Positions 9,746 through 21,108 of a DNA stretch of 64,000 nucleotides are shown here, piece by piece; the stretch's first letter is position 1; the number at the start of each line of letters is the position of its first letter. A model generated the notes under the pieces. The model made no database searches, was not told where the DNA came from, and saw only the letters and a program-made list of their open reading frames with translations. A program made the translations under genes and the position numbers. This DNA comes from Candidatus Eiseniibacteriota bacterium (GTDB lineage: Bacteria > Eisenbacteria > RBG-16-71-46 > CAZAMP01), in assembly GCA_965224245.1 (NCBI GenBank), contig OZ245046.1, positions 1,280,001-1,344,000 on the forward strand. The letters run 5' to 3'.

Positions 9746-11181
9746 GCCGGCCCAAGCGCGTGATGATCGCCGGCGGTGGAACCGGGGGACACGTGTTCCC
9801 CGGGCTCGCGGTCGCCGAGGCCCTCAAGCGCGTTCGTCGCGACTGCGAGATCCGCTTCGTGGGGACCGACCGGGGCCTCGAGAACAAGGTGATCCCCGGC
9901 GCCGGGTTCGATCTGTGGACGCTGCCGGTGCGGGGGATGCCGCGCCGGCCGGGGCTCGCCCAGCTGAACGCGGCCGTCCAGTTCGTCCGCAGCCTCGTGA
10001 TCACGTTCGCGTGGTTCACGAAGTGGCGTCCCGACGTGATTCTCGGAACCGGGGGCTACGTCAGCGCGCCCCCGATCGTGGTGGGTCGACTGTTCCGGAT
10101 ACCGATCCTGCTCCAGGAGCAGAACGCGGTGCCGGGAGCGGTCAACCGGCTCCTGTCGCGGCTGGCGACCGAGGTGCACGTGAACTTCGCGGGCGCGCGG
10201 CGCTTTTTCCGCCGGCGCGACCATCTTCGCCTGAGCGGCAATCCGCTCCGCCCCGGGCTCCTGGCCGGCAGCCGGAATCGCGCATACGAGCGCTTCGGTC
10301 TGTCTCCCAAGCGCCAGACCGTGGTGGTCCTGGGCGGAAGCGCCGGTGCGAGCTCGATCAACCGCGCGATCGCGGATGCCGCGTCCAAGATCGAGACGCG
10401 CGAGCCGCTGCAGTTCCTCGTCCAGTCCGGGGAGTCGGATCTGGCCTGGATGCGCGAGCGGCTCGAGACCTGTCCGTTCCCGGCCAAGGTGCTCGCGTTC
10501 GTGAACCAGATCGACGATGCCTACACGGTCGCCGACGTGATCGTCTGTCGCGCCGGCGCGATGACGGTGTCGGAGGTCGCGGCCACCGGCGTACCGGCCA
10601 TCTTCGTGCCGTACCCGTACGCGACCGACAACCACCAGCGCCTGAACGCCGAGGAGATGGTCGATCGCGGTGCGGCGCTGATGATCCTCGACGCCGAACT
10701 CGACGGAGATCGGCTGGCCGCCGAGCTACAGACGCTCATCCGCGATCCGATACGCCGTCGGCGGATGGCCTCCAGCGCGCGGGGAAGCGCGCGGTTCGAT
10801 GCAGCGGACGTGATCGCCAGCGCCCTTCTGGCCCGGATCCCCGAGCCGCGGGCGGACGAGGCCGCCGCCGGCGACGAGGACCGGGCGGCCCGTGGCGCGT
10901 CGGACAACGGCAAGCACCGGGGACGCGGTGACGGTCGCGGCCGTGATCGACGTCAGAGGGGATCGCGCGCGTCTCCCAGCCGGGGAGGAAGCGGCGACGC
11001 CAGAAGCCGCTCGAGTCGCGCGCGAAGCAAACCCAAGGCCGACGAGGCGCGGACCGCCGATCGGGCCCCGAACGCGGAATCCACGAAGGACGCTGCTGGC
11101 CGAGACACCGCCGGCGGTCAGCGCGGGCCCCGTCGTCGCCGACGGGGACGACGCCGGTCCAAGCCAGCGGAGCGAGACTAG
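9742..11181 (+). CDS. murG: Lipid II GlcNAc transferase MurG with long Arg-rich C-terminal tail
   Basis: GGGTGGHVFP, GTGGYVS, EQNAVPG, GGSAGA, RAGAMT, HQRLNA; about 110 extra low-complexity residues. Confidence 0.95.
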   Translation: MSRPKRVMIAGGGTGGHVFPGLAVAEALKRVRRDCEIRFVGTDRGLENKVIPGAGFDLWTLPVRGMPRRPGLAQLNAAVQFVRSLVITFAWFTKWRPDVILGTGGYVSAPPIVVGRLFRIPILLQEQNAVPGAVNRLLSRLATEVHVNFAGARRFFRRRDHLRLSGNPLRPGLLAGSRNRAYERFGLSPKRQTVVVLGGSAGASSINRAIADAASKIETREPLQFLVQSGESDLAWMRERLETCPFPAKVLAFVNQIDDAYTVADVIVCRAGAMTVSEVAATGVPAIFVPYPYATDNHQRLNAEEMVDRGAALMILDAELDGDRLAAELQTLIRDPIRRRRMASSARGSARFDAADVIASALLARIPEPRADEAAAGDEDRAARGASDNGKHRGRGDGRGRDRRQRGSRASPSRGGSGDARSRSSRARSKPKADEARTADRAPNAESTKDAAGRDTAGGQRGPRRRRRGRRRSKPAERD

Positions 11182-11182
11182 G

Positions 11183-12561
<1,379 letters not shown>

Positions 12562-12565
<4 letters not shown>

Positions 12566-13428
12566 TCCGTGTCGTCTCGAAGCGCCGCCGCCGGCGCGAG
12601 CGCGCCCATCGGGTGACCCGAGCCGCGCGCGTGCTCCTCGTGCGCGTGGCACCGGCTGCGCTGCTGCTGGCGCTCGCGGTCGAGCTGTGGCCGACGGCGA
12701 TGGGTGCGCTGACGAACGCCCCGCTCCTGGCGATCGACGACGTCCGCGTGCGCGGCCACCGGTTCGTGACGCCGCGGGAGGTGGCCGAGATCGCCGGCAT
12801 CTACCCCGGCGCGTCGCTCGTGGGCGTCGACTCGCGGGCGGCGGCCAGCCGGCTGCTCCTGCACCCCCGCATCGCCAGGGCGGACATCGACTACGTGTTT
12901 CCCCGGAGCGTCCGGATCTCGCTGGAGGAGCGCCTTCCGGCCGCGCTCGTGGAGTGCGACTCGCTGATGCCGATCTCGCGCGAGGGCATCGTGCTGACCC
13001 GTGTGCCCGGGCGGCCGCTGGAAGATCTGCCGGTGATCCTGCCGCCACCGGGGTGGGTGGTGGAGGTCTCGCGCCTGAAGGGCGCCGGTGTCGACGACGC
13101 GCTGGCGTTCATCGAGACGATCGAGCACGTCTCCCCGGGGCTGGCGTCGTCGATCTCGCTGGTGGATCTGAGACGACGCGAGATCGCCGAGGTGTTCGTG
13201 GACTCGCTCGGCCTATCGCTGATCTACGAGCCGGATGGTGACTGGAGCACCCAGGTTCGCATGCTGCCGGGCGTGGTGGCGCATCTGAACGAGACCGGCG
13301 TGGGGGGGGTGACGCTCGATCTCCGGTTCCGAGACCAGATCGTCCAGCGGGGCGATGGACGGCCGCTCGCGATGAACGATTCGCGGACGCGACCCCGAAC
13401 GCGGCGCGCGATTCGCGCGCTCCGGTGA
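12562..13428 (+). CDS. ftsQ: Cell division protein FtsQ/DivIB
   Basis: Basic N-terminus, TM, POTRA-like segment (FPRSVRISLEERLP), DLRFRDQIV. Confidence 0.85.
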
Positions 13429-13527
13429 AATCCGTTCTTGACACTGCGCGTGAAACGCGCGAAGAACCGACAAAACGCCTGTGACGCGCACCGCCCGGTG
13501 CGCCCGGCTCGTGAGGGAGGCAATCGA

Positions 13528-14769
13528 ATGGATTCGATGCAGATTGAAATGGTATCCGATCCGCCGAAGGGGCAGGCCGAGCTCACCGTCGTCGGACTCG
13601 GCGGCGCCGGGGGTAACGCCGTCCGGCGGATGATCGAGTCGTCCCTCACGGGTGTCACCTACGTCGTCGGGAACACCGATGCCCAGGCGCTCCGCGATTC
13701 GCCCGCCGACGTGAAGCTGCAGATGGGCGAGAGCCTGACCGGCGGGCTCGGCTCCGGCGGCAACCCCGAGACCGGGCGTCTGGCCGCCGAGGAGAGCCGA
13801 GAGGACCTCGAGGCCGCCATCACCAACGCCGACATGGTCTTCATCGCCGCCGGCATGGGCGGGGGGACCGGGACGGGCTCGTCGCCGATCGTGGCCGAGC
13901 TGGCGAAGGCCGCGGGTGCGCTGACGGTGGCCGTGGTCACGCGCCCGTTCATCTTCGAGGGACGTCCCCGGATCAAGGCGGCGGAGACCGGCCTGAAGGA
14001 GCTCCGCAAGCACGTCGACACGCTGATCGAGATCCCGAACCAGCGCCTCCTGTCGATCGCATCGCCCGACACCACGTATCCCGACGCGATGAAGCTGGCC
14101 GACGAGGTGCTCGTGAACGCCACGCGCGGCATCACGGACATCATCCTCCGCTCGGGCGACATCAACGTCGACTTCGCCGACGTGCGCGCGGTCATGCAGG
14201 ATCGCGGAAACGCGCTCATGGGATGCGGTCGTGCGTCCGGGGCCGATCGCGCGGTCAAGGCCGCGCAGATGGCGATCCAGAGCCCCCTGCTGAACGACGT
14301 GAACATCGACGGTGCGCAGGCGCTCCTGGTGAACATCACCGGCGGCCCCAACATGACGCTCCACGAGGTCGCCGACGCGACGTCGGTCATCGTGAACGCC
14401 GCCGGTGATCAGGCCGAGGTCATCTTCGGAACGGTCGTGGATCCGGACATGGACGAGGAGCTCTCGATCACGCTCATCGCGACCGGCTTCGACACGCCCG
14501 CGAAGCGCGTGCTGCCGATCGCCGACAACGGCCGCGAGACGCGGTCGACGCCCCACGAGCCGAACGCTCACGAGGCCGACGCGCCCGAGAGCTCGGTCAG
14601 CGAACGACTCGTCGCGGAGGCCGGGGGCGACGGCGTCGTCGCCGACGACGCCGATGAGCGCGACGCGACGGCGAGCCCGGATCGTGAGGCCGCCGCCGAG
14701 GCGCCGCGACGGCGAGACTGGATCGTCGGACGAGATCGCCCCATGTTCATGAAGCGCCGGGTCGAGTGA
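13528..14769 (+). CDS. ftsZ: Cell division GTPase FtsZ
   Basis: GLGGAGGNAV, NTDAQAL, GMGGGTGTG, NVDFADV; GGAGG SD before ATG13528. Confidence 0.97.
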   Translation: MDSMQIEMVSDPPKGQAELTVVGLGGAGGNAVRRMIESSLTGVTYVVGNTDAQALRDSPADVKLQMGESLTGGLGSGGNPETGRLAAEESREDLEAAITNADMVFIAAGMGGGTGTGSSPIVAELAKAAGALTVAVVTRPFIFEGRPRIKAAETGLKELRKHVDTLIEIPNQRLLSIASPDTTYPDAMKLADEVLVNATRGITDIILRSGDINVDFADVRAVMQDRGNALMGCGRASGADRAVKAAQMAIQSPLLNDVNIDGAQALLVNITGGPNMTLHEVADATSVIVNAAGDQAEVIFGTVVDPDMDEELSITLIATGFDTPAKRVLPIADNGRETRSTPHEPNAHEADAPESSVSERLVAEAGGDGVVADDADERDATASPDREAAAEAPRRRDWIVGRDRPMFMKRRVE

Positions 14770-14889
14770 GGGACGGCGCGGTCCCTCGGGGCGGTGGCCG
14801 ACCGGCTCGAAACCGCCGTTCCTCTGCCGCGCGAGGTCGGCCGTTTTCGGATGCCCTGCGCCGTGGACGTCATGGCGACGCGAGCGCGT

Positions 14890-14923
14890 GACGAAGTAGT
14901 AAGGCGGACGAAGTAGTAGGGCG
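14890..14923. repeat. Tandem 17-bp direct repeat GACGAAGTAGTA(A/G)GGCG x2
   Basis: 14890-14906 and 14907-14923 are 16/17 identical; intergenic. Confidence 0.8.
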
Positions 14924-14971
14924 TCCGTGCGTCCACGTCACCGTCGCGTACCCACAGCCCAGGCATCCCAC

Positions 14972-16618
14972 GTGAACATCTTCCGGCGCTTCTTCTCCCG
15001 TCACGCACATCGGGCCTACGCCCGCGGCATGGACGCCTACAATCGCGGCGATCATGCCGGGGCGGCCGATGCCTTCCACGAGGTGCTTCGGGAGGCCGGA
15101 GAGAAGAGCCCCGTCTACGTCCTGAGCGAGTTCTTCGTGACGCAGAGCCTGGTCCACCTGGGCCGTGCGCAGCTCGAGGCGGGCGATCTGGACGCGTCCG
15201 AGCGCACCCTGACCGAGGTGGCCGAGAAGCACCCCGAGTTCCCGGACGTTCAGCTGATGATCGGACGCATCGCCCGTGCTCGCGGACACATCGAGGATGC
15301 GGCGGCTGCGTGGCGTCGCGCGCTCGCGACCAACCCGCGGTACGCCGAGGCACGGTTCGCGCTCGGACGCCTGGAGCGCTCGCGGGGCGATCTGGCCGCG
15401 GCTGCGGAGCACTTCCGCGCGCTCGCCGACGCGCGCCCGTCGGGGGCCGACGGCGACACCCCGCTCGAGCTGCCACCCGCGTGGCTCGACGGTCGCCCGT
15501 GGCCCGCGGACGCCCCCGAGAGCGAGGAGGCCGCGGCCAACCGGATCGAGCGGGCGCTCGGGAGCCCCAGGGCCAGCACGGCGCACGTCGCCGAGGGCGT
15601 CCGTGCCTACCACGAGGGGGACCTGACCGGTGCGCTGGCCGCGTTCGATCGGGCCGTCACGTCCGCACCGGGACACCCGGACGTCCGATGTCGCCGGGCG
15701 ACCGTGCTCGCCGAGCTGGGGCGGATCGCGGATGCCCGCCGGGATCTCGACGAGGCCCTCCAGAAGAACCCGGCGTTTGCCGAGGCGCGGATCAAGCGAG
15801 GCGTGCTGCGCTTCGACGCGGCGGACTACGCCGGTGCGGAGCGGGACTTCCGCGCGCTCGCGGACGTCGACCCGGACAACGCCGAGCTGCGCCTCCTGCT
15901 CGGCCTGAGCCTTCTCCGGGGCGGTCGGATCGAGTCGGCTCGCGACGAGCTGTCGGTCGCCCACGACGATCCCACGATCCGGGCGCGCGCCGTGGTGCCG
16001 CTGGCCGAGGCGCTGTGCGCGCTGGACGAGCCGTGGACGGCCCGCGAACACCTGGACGCGCACGAGTCGATGGAGGCGCGCTGCCTTCTGGGGCGCGTCC
16101 ATCTCCACCTCGGCGAGCCGCATCGCGCGATCGCGGTGCTGGAGCCGCTTCTGTACGAGCCGGGTGCGCCCCCGGAGGCCGCGCTCGCGCTCGCGCGCGC
16201 GCATCAGCGTGTGGGGGACAAGGGCGACGCTCACGCCGCGGCCGAGGTCGCGCTCGGTCACGCGTCCACGCACGACGAGGCGCGTCTCCTGACCGCGGAG
16301 CTCGCGCTGGACTCGGGCAACCACGAGGATGCGCTCTCGTGGCTCCGCGGCACGTCGCCCGAGCGGCGGCACCAGTACGATGCCGCCGTGCTGGAGGGAC
16401 GCGCGCTGACCCGTGCGGGACGGCGGGACGAGGCGCGCGTCGTGCTCGAGCGCGCGCTGGAGATCGGCCCCTCGCCGATCGACGCGATGCGTGCCCTGGC
16501 GGCGCTGAATGCCGACGGCGAGCCTCGCGGAAACGCGATGCCCGGCGCGGGCGATGCGTTCGCCCCCAGCGCGCCGTCGCCGCTGTGGCCCCGCGGCCAC
16601 TCCCCACGCGCGGCCTGA
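14972..16618 (+). CDS. Tetratricopeptide-repeat protein
   Basis: Multiple TPR units (NPRYAEARFALG, NPAFAEARIKRG, DPDNAELRLLLG); start GTG14972 inferred. Confidence 0.85.
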   Translation: MNIFRRFFSRHAHRAYARGMDAYNRGDHAGAADAFHEVLREAGEKSPVYVLSEFFVTQSLVHLGRAQLEAGDLDASERTLTEVAEKHPEFPDVQLMIGRIARARGHIEDAAAAWRRALATNPRYAEARFALGRLERSRGDLAAAAEHFRALADARPSGADGDTPLELPPAWLDGRPWPADAPESEEAAANRIERALGSPRASTAHVAEGVRAYHEGDLTGALAAFDRAVTSAPGHPDVRCRRATVLAELGRIADARRDLDEALQKNPAFAEARIKRGVLRFDAADYAGAERDFRALADVDPDNAELRLLLGLSLLRGGRIESARDELSVAHDDPTIRARAVVPLAEALCALDEPWTAREHLDAHESMEARCLLGRVHLHLGEPHRAIAVLEPLLYEPGAPPEAALALARAHQRVGDKGDAHAAAEVALGHASTHDEARLLTAELALDSGNHEDALSWLRGTSPERRHQYDAAVLEGRALTRAGRRDEARVVLERALEIGPSPIDAMRALAALNADGEPRGNAMPGAGDAFAPSAPSPLWPRGHSPRAA

Positions 16619-16653
16619 GCACGCGGTGGGCTTCGCTCGTCTCCACAATTCGC

Positions 16654-16682
16654 TTGCCAACTTGCACTTGACGCCATAGCAT
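16654..16682 (+). promoter_or_regulatory. Sigma70-type promoter for four-gene membrane operon
   Basis: TTGCCA-N17-TAGCAT. Confidence 0.55.
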
Positions 16683-16733
16683 GCGCCGCGTTCCGCGAGT
16701 TCCGTCTCGTCCGGCCTCCCTCCGAGGAGTTGC

Positions 16734-17600
16734 ATGCGTCGCCTGCTTCCCGGCTCCATCGCGGGTCTCGTCACCGCTCTGTCGGCCGGGCCGGTCTGGG
16801 CCCAGGCGGCGGACGAGGTCGGATGGGGCATCAAGGACCATCGCGTCTCGACGCTCCTCATCTTCATCGTCTTCTCGGGCTTCATCATCGCCTTCATCCA
16901 GGCCGCGCGCGGCCGATCGCTGAGCATTCGCCGGATCGCGGGACTGAACGCCATCGACGAGGCGATCGGCCGGTCCACCGAGATGGGCAAGAAGGTTCTC
17001 TTCGTCCCCGGGATCATGTCGATCGACGAGATCCAGACCATCGCATCCCTGGCGATTCTCAAGCACGTCGCGCTCGAGACGGCTCGCTACAACACGCCGC
17101 TCGAGGTCCCGAACCGTGACCCCCTCACGTACGCGTCGGCGGTCGAGACCGTGAAGGAGGCCTACATCGAGGCCGGGCGGCCCGATCTCTTCCACGCCGA
17201 CGAGATGGTCAACTACGTCACATACGATCAGTTCGCCTACACCGCGTCGGTGTCCGGGAAGATGGTCCGCGAGAAGCCCGCGGTGAACTTCCTGGTGGGC
17301 GGCTTCTTCGCCGAGAGCCTTCTGTTGGCCGAGGCCGGGCAATCCACGGGGGCCATCCAGATCTCCGGCACCGCCGAGGTCGCCCAGCTGCCCTTCTTCG
17401 TCTGCGCCACCGACTACACGCTCATCGGCGAGGAGCTGTACGCGGCCAGCGCGTATCTCTCGCGCGAGCCCGTGATGCTGGGGAGCATCAAGGGCCAGGA
17501 CTTCTTCAAGATGCTCCTGATCCTGTTCATCCTGGCCGGGATCGTGATCGCGTCCACGTCGGGCTCGGTCGCGCTTCAGTCCTTCTTCCGGGCCGGGTGA
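16734..17600 (+). CDS. Uncharacterised membrane-anchored protein (DUF6754-like from memory, unverified)
   Basis: GAGGAG SD; signal-like N-terminus, TM, alpha/beta domain (RRIAGLNAIDEAIGRSTEMG, DYTLIGEELYAASAYLS), C-terminal TM. Confidence 0.8.
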   Translation: MRRLLPGSIAGLVTALSAGPVWAQAADEVGWGIKDHRVSTLLIFIVFSGFIIAFIQAARGRSLSIRRIAGLNAIDEAIGRSTEMGKKVLFVPGIMSIDEIQTIASLAILKHVALETARYNTPLEVPNRDPLTYASAVETVKEAYIEAGRPDLFHADEMVNYVTYDQFAYTASVSGKMVREKPAVNFLVGGFFAESLLLAEAGQSTGAIQISGTAEVAQLPFFVCATDYTLIGEELYAASAYLSREPVMLGSIKGQDFFKMLLILFILAGIVIASTSGSVALQSFFRAG

Positions 17601-17603
17601 GCG

Positions 17604-18302
17604 ATGAAGCAGCAGATCCCGATCTTCGTGGCCACGATCGCCGGTCTGGTGCCGATCGTGTCCAGCATCGTCTCCACGCCGGGCAACCGTCTCCAGGCAG
17701 GGAACGACTGGTTCGAGCAGTCGCTGATCATCATCTTCGCGTTCGCACTGCTGCTCGGCGTGGTCAACGTGTTCCAGACCAATCTCCGCAAGATCTACGA
17801 GCGGCGAAAGGGATGGCCGTACGCCGTCGTGCTGCTCGGATGCCTCGTCGGCACGGCGATTCCGGGGATCCATCAAGCGTTCGCCGGCATCGACGGCACG
17901 TGGCAGGTCGGAGACGACACCGCTTTCGAGTGGATCCAGAACGCAGTGTTCAAGCCGCTTCAGGGCACGATGTTCTCCCTCCTGGCGTTCTACATCGCCT
18001 CGGCCGCGTTTCGCGCGTTCCGGGTGCGCAACGTGGAGGCGACGATCCTCTTGTCGGCGGCGATGGTGGTCATGCTCGGGGTGAACCCGTACGGCATCAA
18101 GCTCTTCGCCTGGATGCCGTCGATCGGGGCCATCCCCGGCGGCGAGGAGTTCCTGCCCGCGGTCACGAACTGGGTTATGAACGTGCCCAACTCGGCCGCG
18201 CAGCGGGGCATCATCATCGGAGCCGCACTGGGCGCGGCGGCGATGTCGCTACGCGTGCTCCTGGGGATCGAGCGCTCGTACCTGGGAGTGGGACGTGACT
18301 AG
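17604..18302 (+). CDS. Uncharacterised polytopic membrane protein
   Basis: About 6 hydrophobic segments; TMFSLLAFYIASAAFRAFR, LRVLLGIER; 3 bp after previous gene. Confidence 0.8.
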   Translation: MKQQIPIFVATIAGLVPIVSSIVSTPGNRLQAGNDWFEQSLIIIFAFALLLGVVNVFQTNLRKIYERRKGWPYAVVLLGCLVGTAIPGIHQAFAGIDGTWQVGDDTAFEWIQNAVFKPLQGTMFSLLAFYIASAAFRAFRVRNVEATILLSAAMVVMLGVNPYGIKLFAWMPSIGAIPGGEEFLPAVTNWVMNVPNSAAQRGIIIGAALGAAAMSLRVLLGIERSYLGVGRD

Positions 18303-18335
18303 CGCGGAGCGCCGAGCCGACGCGGGGAGCTTCCG

Positions 18336-19229
18336 ATGAGTCGACTGCTCGCCCTCGACCGGCGATGGATCTATCTCCTCGTGTTCCTCGTCTGTCTGAT
18401 CCCGTTCTTCCGCCCGCTGGGGCTCCCCATCGGGGGTGCCCCCAGCGTGACGGCGCTCTACGATCGCGTCGAGTCGCTGTCGCCGGGGTCGGTGGTCATG
18501 ATCTCGTTCGACTACGGGCCGTCCACCGGACCCGAGAACGACCCGATGGCGGTTGCGCTGATCCGGCACTGCCTGGCAGCCGACCTCCGGGTGATCACGA
18601 TCGCGCTCTATCCGCTCGGCGGCGTGACCGAGTGCCACGAGGAGTTCGTCCGCGCCACCGGGGGGTTCGACCCCGAGACGCGAGAGCTCCGGGGGTGGCC
18701 GGGCAAGTTCTACGGTGTCGACGCGATCAATCTCGGATACAAGGACGGCGCGGCCCCGGCGCTGCGTCAGATGAGCACCGAGCTTCACGCCGTGTTCCCG
18801 CAGGACTACGAGCTCCGGCTCCCGCTCTCGGACTTCGAGATGACCCGGAACGTGCAGGGCTACGGGGACATGGCCTTCGCGGCGTCGATCGCCACCGGGA
18901 CCATCGGCGAGTGGTGGGTCAACATCGTCAACGCGCAGTACGGGCTGCCGGTCGTCGTCGGGTGTACCGCGGTGAGCGGCCCCCGGTTCTTCCCGTTCCT
19001 GCGCGCCGAGCAGATGTTCGCGCTCTTGGCGGGACTGAAGGGGGCGGTGGAGTACGAGAAGCTCGTCACCGAAGCCTACCCGGAGGTCAAGAGCATGACC
19101 GAGCGCCAGGCGTACTACGCCGCCAAGGGGTGGGACGTGCAGTCGCTCGTGTACACCGTGATCATCGTGTTCATCGTCCTGGGCAACGTGGCCTACTTCA
19201 CCGCGCGACGGCGCGGGGAGGCGGTCTGA
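18336..19229 (+). CDS. Uncharacterised membrane-anchored protein
   Basis: DRRWIY N-terminal TM, soluble domain (FDYGPSTGPE, LAGLKGAVEYE), C-terminal TM. Confidence 0.8.
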   Translation: MSRLLALDRRWIYLLVFLVCLIPFFRPLGLPIGGAPSVTALYDRVESLSPGSVVMISFDYGPSTGPENDPMAVALIRHCLAADLRVITIALYPLGGVTECHEEFVRATGGFDPETRELRGWPGKFYGVDAINLGYKDGAAPALRQMSTELHAVFPQDYELRLPLSDFEMTRNVQGYGDMAFAASIATGTIGEWWVNIVNAQYGLPVVVGCTAVSGPRFFPFLRAEQMFALLAGLKGAVEYEKLVTEAYPEVKSMTERQAYYAAKGWDVQSLVYTVIIVFIVLGNVAYFTARRRGEAV

Positions 19230-19240
19230 GTGAGGGGCTC

Positions 19241-19891
19241 GTGAGTCTGTCACCCGAGGTCGGAGTCTGGGTCGCGGCGCTCCTGACGCTGTGCATCCTG
19301 AGCTTCCTCTATCGCGACAACCCGTTCTTCCGGTTCGCCGAGAGCGCGTTCGCGGGCGTGAGCCTCGGCTACTACATCGGCAACACGTTCGACCAGACGC
19401 TGAAGCCCAACCTGATCGATCCGCTGTTCCTGGGGGCGGGCGACGTATCGACGCTGGAGCGGTTCGGGCTCCTGTTCCCGATGATCATCGGGCTCCTGCT
19501 CTACGCGCGGTACGTCAAGAACGTGGCCTGGCTGGCGCGCTACTCGCTGGCCATCTACGTCGGATACTCGATGGGCCTGCAGATGATGCAGAAGCTCCAG
19601 GGCGAGGTGCAGCCCCAGACCGCCGACACGATGATCTCGCTCGCCAACGGGATCGGCTCCACCGGTGAGTTCGTGTCCAACCTGATCATGGTGGTGGGTG
19701 TCCTGTCGGTGCTCGTGTACTTCTTCTTCTCGGCCGAGCACAAGGGCGCGCTGGGCGGGGTCTCGCGGGTCGGGATCTGGTTCCTGATGATCTCGTTCGG
19801 CGCCGCGTTCGGCTACACGATCATGGGTCGTGTCTCGATCCTGATCGGCCGCATGAACTTCCTGATCACCGAGTGGCTGGGAATCGGGTAG
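19241..19891 (+). CDS. Uncharacterised polytopic membrane protein
   Basis: GTG19241 with GAGGGG SD; SFLYRDNPFFRFAE, FLMISFGAAFGYTIMGR; about 6 TMs. Confidence 0.8.
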   Translation: MSLSPEVGVWVAALLTLCILSFLYRDNPFFRFAESAFAGVSLGYYIGNTFDQTLKPNLIDPLFLGAGDVSTLERFGLLFPMIIGLLLYARYVKNVAWLARYSLAIYVGYSMGLQMMQKLQGEVQPQTADTMISLANGIGSTGEFVSNLIMVVGVLSVLVYFFFSAEHKGALGGVSRVGIWFLMISFGAAFGYTIMGRVSILIGRMNFLITEWLGIG

Positions 19892-20327
19892 CCGGATCCG
19901 GGTCGGCCATCGGAATCCGCTTGCCAGAGCGACTGTCCACGAGCACGCCCGGCTCGGCACGGTCGTCGATCCAGTAGAGCTTGTAGACGAGGTGCGTCTC
20001 GTCCACGTCGATCCGAGCCAGGAGACCCCCCGCAAAGCCGAGACCCTTCTTCGCGAAGTGCCGTGTGGTCCGCACCGCGACCGGCGCCGCGATCGGCGCG
20101 AGGAGGCGGTGTTCGGCGGGAACGGCTTGCTCGGTCGTCTCGGGCCGCCCGCGAATGGGCAGCGGGATGCCGCGCATGCCGTCCACCGAGAACCACAGCG
20201 TCCGGGGCTCGGCGCGCGGGTGCGCGCGGATGCGGAGCCTGAGGGCGTACATCGGATACAGGAGGCCCCGGGCCTCGGCGAACGGCTGGTGCGTCGGGTC
20301 GGCGGGGATGAGATCGACGTCCGGCAT
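19866..20327 (-). CDS. Hypothetical protein
   Basis: GGGAGG SD, GC3-biased codons; convergent 26-bp overlap with previous gene. Confidence 0.6.
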   Translation of the reverse strand: MPDVDLIPADPTHQPFAEARGLLYPMYALRLRIRAHPRAEPRTLWFSVDGMRGIPLPIRGRPETTEQAVPAEHRLLAPIAAPVAVRTTRHFAKKGLGFAGGLLARIDVDETHLVYKLYWIDDRAEPGVLVDSRSGKRIPMADPDPATRFPATR

Positions 20328-20475
20328 CGGAGCCTCCCGGCTGGGGTTCGGACTCGAACACTAGCACGTGCGGCGATCACATCGCCGGGAGTTGCATTCG
20401 GACCGCCCGCGCCATACGTTCTGCCCAACGTCGGCCCGGGCCGACGGCGGCGTCCGGAGAACCGCGGAGGTGAGA

Positions 20476-21039
20476 ATGGTCTCGATCGTGTCGCTCTGGC
20501 TCCCGATCGTACTGAGCGCGGTGCTCGTCTTCGTCGCCAGCTCCCTCATCCACATGCTCCTGTCGTATCACCGATCGGACTTTGCGAAGCTCCCGGACGA
20601 GGATGGGGTGATGTCGGCCCTGCGCGCGCACGACGTCCCGCCCGGCAACTACGTCATGCCATGCGCGGCCTCGTCGGCCGAGATGCGCTCCGACGCGTTC
20701 CTGGAGAAGGCGAACGCGGGCCCCGTGGCGTTCATGACCGTGCTCCCGTCGGGGCCCCCGGCCATCGGGGCGAGCCTCGTTCAGTGGTTCGTGTACTGTC
20801 TGGTGATCGGGGTGTTCACCGCGTACGTGACCTCGCGCGCGCTCGGCCCGGGAGCCGAGTACCTCTCGGTGTTCCGCATGTCGGGGACGGTGGCGTTCAT
20901 CGGCTACGCGATGTCGTTGCCGCAGGACTCGATCTGGTACAAGAAGTCCTGGACCACGACACTGAAGTCGATCTTCGACGGGGTGGTGTACGGGCTCCTG
21001 ACGGCGGGCGCGTTCGGATGGCTCTGGCCCTCGGCGTAG
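20476..21039 (+). CDS. Hypothetical membrane protein
   Basis: GGAGGTG SD; 4 hydrophobic segments; TTGCAT-N17-TACGTT at 20392-20420. Confidence 0.8.
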   Translation: MVSIVSLWLPIVLSAVLVFVASSLIHMLLSYHRSDFAKLPDEDGVMSALRAHDVPPGNYVMPCAASSAEMRSDAFLEKANAGPVAFMTVLPSGPPAIGASLVQWFVYCLVIGVFTAYVTSRALGPGAEYLSVFRMSGTVAFIGYAMSLPQDSIWYKKSWTTTLKSIFDGVVYGLLTAGAFGWLWPSA

Positions 21040-21108
21040 CGGGTCTGCCCCGGTGCGCATTCGCTCGATCCGATGCCACGAACACGGTCGGTGCCGTATG
21101 ATCCCGGC

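Noticed and set aside
14890-14923. Short direct repeats (also 33219-33246, 37501-37528) as CRISPR
   Set aside because: Only two short adjacent copies, no spacers, no cas genes
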